A DNA stretch of 64,000 nucleotides, taken from Macrostomum lignano (Eukaryota). Positions 14,050 through 24,573 of the stretch are shown here, one piece after another (position 1 is the stretch's first letter; every line of letters begins with the position of its first letter). The position numbers and the translations under genes are program-made. Under the pieces are notes generated by a model. The model ran no database searches, was not told the DNA's origin, and saw only the letters and a program-made list of their open reading frames with translations. The DNA lies in the NCBI GenBank assembly GCA_002269645.1, contig NIVC01003312.1, positions 1-64,000 on the forward strand, in the 5' to 3' direction.

Positions 14050-14788
14050 GTCTCTTGGTAGGCGCTCCCGTCTCTTGGTTGGCGCTCCGTCTCTTGGTTG
14101 GCGCTCCCGTCTCTTGATAGGCGCTCCCGTCTCTTGGTTGGCGCTCCGTCTCTTGGTTGGCGCTCCCGTCTCTTGGTTGGCGCTCCCGTCCCTTGGTTGG
14201 CGCTCCGTCTCTTGGTTGGCGCTCCCGTCTCTTGGTTGGCGCTCCCGTCCCTTGGTTGGCGCTCCCGTCTCTTGGTTGGCGCTCCCGTCTCTTGGTTGGC
14301 GCTCCCGTCTCTTATTTGGCGCCCCTGTCTCTTATTTGGCGCCCCTGTCTCTTTTTTGGCGCCCCTGTCTCTTATTTGGCGCCCCTGTCTCTTATTTGGC
14401 GCCCCTGTCTCTTATTTGGCGCCCCTGTCTCTTATTTGGCGCCCCTGTCTCTTATTTGGCGCCCCTGTCTCTTTTTTGGCGCCCCTGTCTCTTATTTAGC
14501 GCCCCCGTCTCTTATTTGGCGCCCCTGTCTCTTGTTTGGCGACCCTATCTTTTGGTAGGCGCCCCTTTCACTCGGTAGGCGCCCCTTTCACTCGGTAGGC
14601 GCCCCTTTCACTCGGTAGGCGCCCCTGTCTCTTGGTAGACGCCTCAGTCACTTGGTAGACGCCTCAGTCACTTGTTAGACGCCTCAGTCACTTGGTAGAC
14701 GCCTCAGTCACTTGTTAGACGCCTCAGTCACTTGGTAGACGCCTCAGTCACTTGGTAGACGCCTCAGTCACTTGGTAGGCGTCCCTGT
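14050..14788. repeat. 20-bp minisatellite of the GGCGCCCCTGTCTCTTGGT family, in successive variant blocks
   Basis: Blocks GGCGCTCCCGTCTCTTGGTT, GGCGCCCCTGTCTCTTATTT, GGCGCCCCTTTCACTCGGTA, GACGCCTCAGTCACTTGGTA. Confidence 0.95.
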
Positions 14789-14981
14789 CAGCAAGGCCGG
14801 CCATGCTGACGTGACGACGTCCATCAGAAGCGGCAAAAGTTGAGCTCCTGTCCCCTCTTGGACCCCTCTGTCCTTTCCCGCCCTTCCCTGGTGCCAATAT
14901 TTGATATAAAATCTGAGCCACTGGTTTTATTTCCTAAGAAGTCAACAACTTGCACTGTCTCAACCCCCTTTCCGCTACCAG

Positions 14982-15875
14982 CTCTGCTTCAACAAGCAGG
15001 ACCTGCTGCTGCACAACAGCTCAGTGCACAAGGCCGACCCGAGGCCATTCCAGTGCGACACCTGCGGCAGGCAGTTCGCCACGGCCGCTTACCTGTGCCA
15101 GCACCGCCGCATTCACACCGGACAGCGGCCGTACGGCTGCAAGTACTGCGACAAGCGGTTCACCCAGCTGTCGCACGTGCAGCAGCACGAACGAATTCAC
15201 ACGGGCGACAAGCCCTACCGCTGCTGGCACTGCGCCAAAAGTTTCACCCAGATGAGCAACCTGCAGAGCCACCAGCGCCAGCACACCAAGGACAAGCCGC
15301 ACCGCTGCGACGCCTGTCACATGTGCTTCGACTCCAGGGAGGAGCTGGACACCCACGCCGCCGCCAGGCACAGCACCAACAAGTACAGCCGGGTGCTGCT
15401 CTGCCGGGTGTGCGGCAAGGCCTACAACTCCGAGACTTATCTTAGCAAGCACCTGGCCAAGCACCGGGACAAGGCCAGGCAGGCGGAGCATCAGCAGCTT
15501 CAGCAGCTTCAGCAGCAGCAGCAGCAACAGGCTGCAGAGTTTTCCGCACATCGCTCGCCTCTGCCGCCGCCTCCGCCGCCTCCGCCACAGCTGCCGCCAC
15601 CGCCTCAACAGCAGCAGCAGCAGCAGCAGCAGCTTCACCAGCACCTTCACCACCATCATCACCACCACCAGGCGACGTTGTCTCAGTCGACGTCGAGTTC
15701 TTCGCCTCCGACTGGACACGCGGCCGCTGCCGCCGCCGCCGCTGCCGCAGCCGCTGCGGCCGCCGGAGGCTACTCAACGGCCTTCCACGGTGGCGTCCCG
15801 TTCCACACCGCGCAGGCTGCGGCGGCTGCTGCGGCGGCGGCCGGGCCCGCTGGACCGTTCAAGTTCGCCTTCTAG
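14982..15875 (+). CDS. rn: C2H2 zinc-finger transcription factor, rotund/squeeze/lin-29/ZNF384 family; large 3' coding exon (upstream exons not located)
   Basis: Acceptor ccgctaccag|CTC at 14981/2 is in frame with ORF 15024-15875. Five complete fingers include FTQLSHVQQHERIHTGDKPY, FTQMSNLQSHQRQHTKDKP and CGKAYNSETYLSKHLAKH, matching the Rn/LIN-29 finger array, plus the C-terminal half of a further finger (LCFNKQDLLLHNSSVH). Poly-Q/P/H/A tail; stop TAG at 15875. Confidence 0.88.
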   Translation, partial: LCFNKQDLLLHNSSVHKADPRPFQCDTCGRQFATAAYLCQHRRIHTGQRPYGCKYCDKRFTQLSHVQQHERIHTGDKPYRCWHCAKSFTQMSNLQSHQRQHTKDKPHRCDACHMCFDSREELDTHAAARHSTNKYSRVLLCRVCGKAYNSETYLSKHLAKHRDKARQAEHQQLQQLQQQQQQQAAEFSAHRSPLPPPPPPPPQLPPPPQQQQQQQQQLHQHLHHHHHHHQATLSQSTSSSSPPTGHAAAAAAAAAAAAAAAGGYSTAFHGGVPFHTAQAAAAAAAAAGPAGPFKFAF

Positions 15876-16849
15876 AGAAGACTCGAGGACCGCTTCGATG
15901 ATAAGAGCAGTGTCGCTTGTCATTCTAGTCCAACATCCAGGCTTGAAAGGGATTTCACAAGGCCTAAACTAGCTTAACTTGTCTATCTTTTATTGGCCTG
16001 TAAATTGCTTGTTTGTTATAAAAAATGGCGCACATTTTTACCTCTTGCTACTGAGAGTAGCGAGCAGTAAGCTTCTCTTAATAATTGTTTTAAAATTTGG
16101 AATAATAACGAACGGTAACTAGATAACTACCAGCATACCTATCCAACCCAATTCGTCAGTTGCCCTGTTGTTGTCAGGCGGAACTGAGTTTAAAAATATT
16201 TTCGAGCCGCTGTCTTGTTTTCGCTTGTCTGGGGATTTCTGACAGATATTGCCATCAGCCTATCCTGTCACTGGCGTCTGAGCCGGGTTATTGATAGCCA
16301 TCGCTTCGCCGTGCCATATGAAGGCCGTTTCCATATATGGCAGTCAGTTCTCTTTTTTGCACCATTCTTCATTGCCCAACTTGCGGAAACCTATTCACAA
16401 CCGATATCAGGCGGGAACTCCCTCCTATCCCCCTCATTTGATCAATCGAAAGCACTTATTGTATAGGGATTCTGCCGTATTGTACTATAAAAAGTTGCTT
16501 TTACTATAAATAAACTTCACTGTCGCTTGTTGTATAGTTGTATGTAATTTGTTTTATTACCTTATAATTGATGGCTCATATCATGTAATCATGCCGCTGC
16601 CCCATACCTTACATCGCTCTCTATATTATTGAAAAAAGGAGATTAACACAACTATCGCTGTTCAGTGCGCTACTCCAGTAATACCCAAATCTTTTTCTGC
16701 GTATCTAACTGTCAGTATGTACTTATATTGTCATTGTTAGCACTGACTTTAATAATATACTCTTATAGGCTGCAAATCGCTGTATGTGTGAATCTAATCG
16801 AATAAGTATGCTCACTTGCTCGAGTCAGTCTTTCTGGGGAATAGGGGAT

Positions 16850-17420
16850 TGGATAGATGGACTAGATAGATGGATTAGCGGATTAGATAGATGGACTAGA
16901 TATATCGATTAGCGGATTAGATAGATGGACTAGATATATCGATTAGCGGATTAGATAGATGGACTAGATATATCGATTAGCGGATAGATAGACGGACTAG
17001 ATAGATGGATTAGCGGATTAGATAGATGGACTAGATAGATCGATTAGCGGATTAGATAGATGGACTAGATAGATTGATTAGCGGATTAGATAGATGGACT
17101 AGATAGATCGATTAGCGGATTAGATAGATGGACTAGATATATCGATTAGCGGATAGATAGATGGACTAGATAGATCGATTAGCGGATTAGATAGATGGAC
17201 TAGATAGATCGATTAGCGGATTAGATAGATGGACTAGATCGATCGATTAGCGGATTAGATAGATGAATTAGCGGATTAGATAGATGGATTAGCGAATTAG
17301 ATAGATGGATTAGTGAAATAGATATATTTATTAGCGGATTAGATAGATGGATTAGTGGATTAGATAGACTGGCGGATTAGATGGATGGACAATCGGATTA
17401 GATAGATGGTCTAGCGGATT
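16850..17420. repeat. GATA-rich ~34-bp minisatellite (GATAGATGGACTAGATAGATCGATTAGCGGATTA)
   Basis: Visible tandem units, degenerating at the 3' end. Confidence 0.93.
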
Positions 17421-17509
17421 AGCATGTGAAATAAGCATGTTTGAGAATAAAGTTAATTAATGTCTTATCCATTCTTAACTCGATTCAGACCCTGCGTCAT
17501 TCGCACACC

Positions 17510-18002
17510 ACTTCCCACACGGTCATCCAGTTCCCACACGGTCATACAGTTCCCACACGGTCATCCAGTTCCCACACGGTCATACAGTTCCCACACGGTC
17601 ATCCAGTTCCCACACGGTCATACAGTTCCCACACGGTCATCCAGTTCCCACACGGTCATCCAGTTCCCACACGGTCATCCAGTTCCCACACGGTCATCCA
17701 GTTCCCACACGGTCATCCAGTTCCCACACGGTCATCCAGTTCCCACACGGTCATCCAGTTCCCACACGGTCATCCAGTTCCCACACGGTCATCCAGTTCC
17801 CACACGGTCATCCAGTTCCCACACGGTCATCCAGTTCCCACACGGTCATCCAGTTCCCACACGGTCATCCAGTTCCCACACGGTCATCCAGTTCCCACAC
17901 GGTCATCCAGTTCCCACACGGTCATCCAGTTCCCACACGGTCATCCAGTTCCCACACGGTCATCCAGTTCCCACACGGTCATCCAGTTCCCACACGGTCA
18001 TC
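17510..18002. repeat. 19-bp minisatellite (CACACGGTCATCCAGTTCC)n
   Basis: About 26 near-perfect units. Confidence 0.96.
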
Positions 18003-18848
18003 CTGTCCGGCCGCCATCCAGGCTGGTGAACGGAGAAAACCTAAGCCTGTGAGGCAGCTGAGCAGGATGCGATTTCACATTGAAAGATTCCGTAAACAAA
18101 AAAGGCTGCTGGGCAATGCAAATTTGAAATCTTCGTTTGATGCAGACGCAGGTCGGGCGCAAATCATGTGGGCAAACTGTGTCGGAGAGACTTCAAGGAG
18201 TCTCTCAGATTTCAGATCTCTCAGATTTCAGATCTCAGATCTCAGAGTTGCGCAAATCAAAGAGCTGACTCTCGCGCGATGTCTCAAAGTCAAAGCGCCA
18301 GGCAATTACTGAAACGGAAGATCGAAATATTCGCACCTGGGTACAAAGCCATTCCGTTTCTGCTTCTCGCAGTCAAAGAGACTTCCTCTGAGTTCTAAAA
18401 ACAGTCAGGATGCCCGGGAGCGTCTTTGACATTCCAGCGCCGGCTTCTCACCCAGATGCACTCAGGATAATGAGCGGGCGGCAAGCAGAAGCCGTGCAGG
18501 TGAGAACTGCCCGGCAACGAGGCTGTCGGGGGGGGGGGCGAGACGGATTAGATATCCCCACGGGGATGCGGACTCAGAGCAGTCTCCTGATGCGCAATGC
18601 AGACCCACAACGAAGTCTTGATATTTTTAGTCTGGCCAGCACTGGGCTTAATGGCTTATGAGATTAGCTGGGACATTTTTCAGCTTGGCTACCGAGTGAA
18701 ACTGGGATCGATGAAGCTCAAAAATTGCCTATTTTAGCCGGCAACTTTTTGGTGGATGAGCTGGACTTCGCACCTGTCCCGCATCGATACAGAAAACTTG
18801 CACTGGGTCTGCTCAGTCGACCATGTGGAAGTTATTTAGGACGGAATA

Positions 18849-19934
18849 GATCTGGGATCTGGGATCTGGATCTGGGATCTGGATCTGGGATCTGGATCTG
18901 GGATCTGGATCTGGGATCTGGATCTGGGATCTGGATCTGGGATCTGGATCTGGGATCTGGATCTGGGATCTGGATCTGGGATCTGGATCTGGGATCTGGA
19001 TCTGGGATCTGGATCTGGGATCTGGATCTGGGATCTGGATCTGGGATCTGGATCTGGGATCTGGATCTGGGATCTGGATCTGGGATCTGGATCTGGGATC
19101 TGGATCTGGGATCTGGATCTGGGATCTGGATCTGGGATCTGGATCTGGGATCTGGATCTGGGATCTGGATCTGGGATCTGGATCTGGGATCTGGATCTGG
19201 GATCTGGATCTGGGATCTGGATCTGGGATCTGGATCTGGGATCTGGATCTGGGATCTGGATCTGGGATCTGGATCTGGGATCTGGATCTGGGATCTGGAT
19301 CTGGGATCTGGATCTGGGATCTGGATCTGGGATCTGGATCTGGGATCTGGATCTGGGATCTGGATCTGGGATCTGGATCTGGGATCTGGATCTGGGATCT
19401 GGATCTGGGATCTGGATCTGGGATCTGGATCTGGGATCTGGATCTGGGATCTGGATCTGGGATCTGGATCTGGGATCTGGATCTGGGATCTGGATCTGGG
19501 ATCTGGATCTGGGATCTGGATCTGGGATCTGGATCTGGGATCTGGATCTGGGATCTGGATCTGGGATCTGGATCTGGGATCTGGATCTGGGATCTGGATC
19601 TGGGATCTGGATCTGGGATCTGGATCTGGGATCTGGATCTGGGATCTGGATCTGGGATCTGGATCTGGGATCTGGATCTGGGATCTGGATCTGGGATCTG
19701 GATCTGGGATCTGGATCTGGGATCTGGATCTGGGATCTGGATCTGGGATCTGGATCTGGGATCTGGATCTGGGATCTGGATCTGGGATCTGGATCTGGGA
19801 TCTGGATCTGGGATCTGGATCTGGGATCTGGATCTGGGATCTGGATCTGGGATCTGGATCTGGGATCTGGATCTGGGATCTGGATCTGGGATCTGGATCT
19901 GGGATCTGGATCTGGGATCTGGATCTGGGATCTG
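18849..19934. repeat. 13-bp minisatellite (GGATCTGGGATCT)n
   Basis: Essentially perfect array of ~1.1 kb. Confidence 0.97.
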
Positions 19935-20274
19935 AGTTATATTTATAAGAGTTATGGTTATAAGGTTATAAGAGAAATATTTAATATCTCTCACTAGCAC
20001 TGTTCTGAATGCATTCCCATGCACTTAAAGAGCTACAGGAAATGAATTTTGATCCGCTAACGCAGTGTATGTCTTTTCCTAGAATTGCAGTGCGGGCACA
20101 ACTGCGCGATGCACTAATGCGATAGCAGCGACCTAGTAGCAGAAAAACAATTTGGTTCCACAATGTTGACAGCATATTAATTTGTCTTAACAGTGGCGCC
20201 TCCAGCAGCTTGGAAAGATGTTGGAAAACAGAAACATTACAAACTGAATTACATGTAGAATTATCTGATCTCTC

Positions 20275-20405
20275 ATTGGCTGCAGATTATCTATAAATAT
20301 GTGGGTACCAGCGGCGTCTCGGACACTGCAGAGAGCCGAACTGCCTCTCGGACACGTGTGACCGTGTGACACCCAGCTCTAACCGACTCTCCTATTCTCC
20401 ACTGG
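20275..20405 (+). promoter_or_regulatory. Probable promoter and 5'UTR exon of the knottin-like peptide gene
   Basis: Reverse CCAAT (ATTGG 20275-79), TATAAATA at 20292-99, donor CTGG|GTAAGC at 20405/6, and acceptor ccctctttgccag|cag at 20683/20686 just upstream of ATG 20693. Confidence 0.6.
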
Positions 20406-20440
20406 GTAAGCTTCACTGCGGCACATTTATAACTGTCAGC

Positions 20441-20652
<212 letters not shown>

Positions 20653-20692
20653 GCCAGCCAATCCCCGCCTCCCTCTTTGCCAGCAGAAAACG

Positions 20693-20950
20693 ATGGCATT
20701 CATTCTTAGCCGCCGCCACCTGTTCCTGACTGTCATCGCCCTGGGCTGCATTCTCGCGGCCGCAGGAGATGCCGCCGGCGCCGCGGCCAGCTCGACGAGT
20801 GGCTGCACCCGGGAGGTCGGCGCAACCGCCGAGTGTCGCAGCCACGCCGACTGCTGCGAGCCGAACCTCTGTCTGAAGAAGCGGGGCAACACGGTCGGAT
20901 ACTGCTGCTGCACCTGGCCCTCCTACGGCAGCGAGGCTGATGGCAAATAA
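20693..20950 (+). CDS. Secreted cysteine-rich peptide, inhibitor-cystine-knot (knottin)-like, 85 aa
   Basis: Hydrophobic N-terminal signal-like segment (MAFILSRRHLFLTVIALGCILAAAG). Mature part CX9CX5CCX4CX10CCC, C-terminal GK*. GC-rich coding-like composition, acgATGG start context, upstream promoter and intron signals. Confidence 0.75.
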   Translation: MAFILSRRHLFLTVIALGCILAAAGDAAGAAASSTSGCTREVGATAECRSHADCCEPNLCLKKRGNTVGYCCCTWPSYGSEADGK

Positions 20951-21762
20951 TGAGCCGATGCGGCCCCGGCAACATTGAGACAAAAACACTCGAAAAACAA
21001 CGTTGGAAAATACTGGCCCCGAAACTCCCCCCCCCCCCCAGTCCTTACTGGCTCCGTGAACTGAGCACGAATTTTGATTGCTGCTTTTAGTATAGCTGCT
21101 TTGCTTGTCCAATCTATAAAAATCTTCAATGGGAACACAAAAGTACATGCGATATTTTTTTTAATCTGACTGAATTGATGTTCTGCGCAGTGTGTGAATA
21201 TTCTCTGTCATGAATTCATGTGAACTTTTGTCACTGAGCGCGCGCTAATGTACTTCTGGTGGTGAATGCTGCCCGTGTGAAATTTCTTGTGAATCGAGGT
21301 GACTATTTAGCTAATGTAATACTCTGAACCAATTTAAATATAAATTTTAACGGCAAAACATGTTCAAAGGCAAAGTGCGCTATCATTTTACAACAGTTTT
21401 TTACTCACAGCAGACTACTCACAGCCGGCTGAAAAAGTAACGTTAGCAAGACCGGAGAATGGGTGCATGAGCACTTACATGGATCTAGGATTCAATATAT
21501 TTATTTATCTGCATGGATAAGTGCGTAATATACTTCCTCACTGTGAAGATCACATGGTCAGGCCATGGACACACGTACTATAAGCCTTAGACCTTCGACC
21601 AGCTATAAAGCTGTGGCAAAACAAGCAGTTGTCTATGGCCCAAACTTTGACCAGCTATAATTAGGTTGTGTGACAACCACAAGCAGTTGTCTATGGCCAA
21701 AGCTCACTAACCTCGTAGAATTTCTAGCTTGGATACTTCTCACTTAGCTTGACAAAAGCAGC

Positions 21763-22295
21763 TATAGCATTTTGCAGTCAAGTTTGAACTGCGGGCATTC
21801 AAATTAGACAAGAAGGGAAGAGCCAAATTTCAGAATCCGTCCCCAAGTCAAGCAGAACTTTATGTCTGTGGCACAAACTGAAACACACTGACGGGCACTC
21901 AATTTAGACAACGGGCATTCAAATTAGACAAGCAGCGGAAAGTCTATGTGTGCCAGAGAGAAAGACCATGGACAATCCGATTCGTCGCTATGCAAGAATT
22001 TCCAGAGAGAAGCGTGACCTCATTATTGGGGCATGCCAACGTGGTGACTCTGTGGCTGAAATTGCCAACATGTTGGATGTCAAGAGATCATCAGTGTACA
22101 ACAGACGCAACACGATCTTGAATTGCCCAGCCAATGCGCCTGAGAACTTGTCTAATTTGAATGCCCCTTGTCTAAATTGAGTGCCCACCAGTGTGATTTT
22201 GTCTAGGCCATAGATAGCATTTGTGCCAGCAGTGAGATCTGGTCAAGCGTCTAATTTGAATGCCCGCAGTTCAAACTTGACTGCAAAATGCTATA
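21763..22295 (+). mobile_element. Non-autonomous Tc1/mariner (IS630-Tc1) element with IR/DR ends and a transposase HTH remnant
   Basis: 47-bp TIR TATAGCATTTTGCAGTCAAGTTTGAACTGCGGGCATTCAAATTAGAC at both ends (including TA). The GGGCATTCAAATTAGAC motif occurs 3x per side. Internal ORF YARISREKRDLIIGACQRGDSVAEIANMLDVKRSSVYN resembles a Tc1-type N-terminal HTH. Confidence 0.85.
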
Positions 22296-22324
22296 TTAAG
22301 CATACCCACCTTAACCCGCGTTAC

Positions 22325-23010
22325 TATAGCATTTTGCGTTGCACTTAAGCTTACGGGCAAATCACTTGATCCTAAGTGGCAGAATTACACTGGCGAGGCA
22401 GCTGCCGATCGATTCTATGGTCTCAACTGGTGGCTAGTAGGCAATTTACTTTAGCCTTGGCACAGACTTAATCCATTTATGCTCTATCGCAATTTGAAAA
22501 GCTTTCAATCGGCCGCCCAGTGGGTGGTGTTGTGGCAAGGGTATAATTTTAATCGGTCAATATGAGCAAATGAGCAAATTGATGACGGCGTCCAGTAACT
22601 TCGTATCGCCTTCGGATTGACAAAACAGTCTTAATGTTGACCTGGAATCATCGCGCGACGTCGACCGGCCGCTCATCCCTGTCTAGGGTCGATGACGAGG
22701 CTGTGCTTTTCATCCCTCATCCTTGACCACGGTCTACGTTGTTGTCCGTCACCAATTCCATCTGGTGCAGTTTCATAGCTAGCTTTGCTGGCCTCATCTT
22801 CCGAGCTCATGTTGCTGCGAGCCTTAGCTTCTAGTTCGCTTTGATAGAGCATGAATGGATTAAGTCAGTGCCCCCAAGGCTTAAGTAACTTGCCCGGCAG
22901 CCAACGGTTTGGGCCATAGACTTGATCGGCAGCTGCCCTCGCCAGTGAAATCCTGCCACTTAGGATCAAGTGATTTGCCCGTAAGCTTAAGTGCAACGCA
23001 AAATGCTATA
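22325..23010 (-). mobile_element. Second non-autonomous Tc1/mariner-type element with a decayed HTH remnant
   Basis: ~57-bp TIR TATAGCATTTTGCGTTGCACTTAAGCTTACGGGCAAATCACTTGATCCTAAGTGGCAG at both ends. Minus-strand remnant DERPVDVAR*FQVNIKTVLSIRRRYEVTGR is HTH-like, with a stop and an upstream frameshift. Confidence 0.8.
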
Positions 23011-23696
23011 TTCTATTCAAAAGCGAAGTACAAGCTGCAGGATGTGCCAGGGAGGCTAGTAATTGCATTTAGTGTTTGGGAATGCCGAAGCCGAAGGCCT
23101 AAAATTTTCTCACTTGCCATGATGTGACCATGTGAAATTCATAGAACTATAAATTAATTTATTTTTTACTTCATATGTTATTCGCTCTCGTAATGCTTGT
23201 AACTGAGACAAAAATAAAGAAAAACATGAAGACGATTTCCCAAATTTAGTTAAAGAAAACCATTAAATTATGCACTAAAAAACGAGCAGAAAAGATTCCG
23301 TGCATTTTATTTAGGAATGTCAATTGGAAGCGAATCGACCTGTTAGTTCTAGAACAAGACAGAAAAACGGTTTATATCATATGCAAATCTATATCGAATA
23401 TATAGCGCATTTTCCAGGAATGCTACTGACAAGTAGACAAGCAAGCAATAAATCAACTAAAAGCGAGAATTAACGTTTACTACGGTAGAGGCATTGGCAG
23501 CCATAAATATAAAAAATAATTATTTGACACAAAGTTCTCGATTGAGATTTCAGATTTGGTTCAAGGACCACTAGAAGAAGATTCTAGTGGTCCTTGATTT
23601 GGTTCTTTTAAAAATAATTTCTCGATCTAGCCGTAAAAACGGTTATAAGATTGTTTTAAAATTTATTGAAATTTGCTCGTCAGCGAAGGAATGGTA

Positions 23697-24217
23697 GTGG
23701 GCTGGTCAGAAGGGAGTGTACACTGTGGGACTGCTAATTAGGGGCTGGTCAGAAGGGAGTGTACACTGTGGGACTGCTAATTAGGGGCTGGTCAGAAGGG
23801 AGTGTACACTGTGGGACTGCTAATTAGGGGCTGGTCAGAAGGGAGTGTACACTGTGGGACTGCTAATTAGGGGCTGGTCAGAAGGGAGTGTACACTGTGG
23901 GACTGCTAATTAGGGGCTGGTCAGAAGGGAGTGTACACTGTGGGACTGCTAATTAGGGGCTGGTCAGAAGGGAGTGTACACTGTGGGACTGCTAATTAGG
24001 GGCTGGTCAGAAGGGAGTGTACACTGTGGGACTTCTAATTAGGGCTGGTCAGAAGGGAGTGTACACTGTGGGACTTCTAATTAGGGCTGGTCAGAAGGGA
24101 GTGTACACTGTGGACTTCTAATTAGGGCTGGTCAGAGGGAGTGTACACTGTGGGACTTCTAATTAGGGCTGGTCAGAAGGGAGTGTACACTGTGGGACTT
24201 CTAATTAGGGCTGGTCA
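23697..24217. repeat. 43-bp minisatellite (GGGGCTGGTCAGAAGGGAGTGTACACTGTGGGACTGCTAATTA), ~12 units
   Basis: Direct observation. Confidence 0.96.
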
Positions 24218-24573
24218 AGTGGGGAGTGTAAAATTGGGTCTCGGACTATTTGGTTTGAAAAAAATAAATATTGTGAATATTCATAAAAATCATAGTGTTT
24301 TTTGTTATTAAAAAAATTGCACAGAGCTCTCTGTGCAGATTAAAAGTTGATTTAAAAACAAAAAGAAATCAAGAATGTCGTAAGTACAGCTGCATTAGTT
24401 AGTTGGTTTAAAAGAGAATGTAATCGTCTACGCATAGAATAAGATTTTATATTTGCACGCAAATATCACAATTTAAGATTAAATTTCATCAAGTGTCTAG
24501 AACAGCGAACGCGGACTCAGCAAAGCACTTCTGTAGGATCTGAGACTGCGAGGGGCAGACATTAGCAGTGCTG

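Noticed and set aside
15021-15777. Antisense and alternate-frame ORFs over the zinc-finger exon
   Set aside because: Shadow ORFs of GC-rich, low-complexity coding sequence.
18725-20024. 400-aa GSGIWIWDLDL / IPDPDPRSRSQ ORFs
   Set aside because: Artefact of the 13-bp repeat.
23697-24217. CRISPR-like appearance of 43-bp and 36-bp regular repeats
   Set aside because: Units are contiguous with no unique spacers, there are no cas genes, and the context is eukaryotic.
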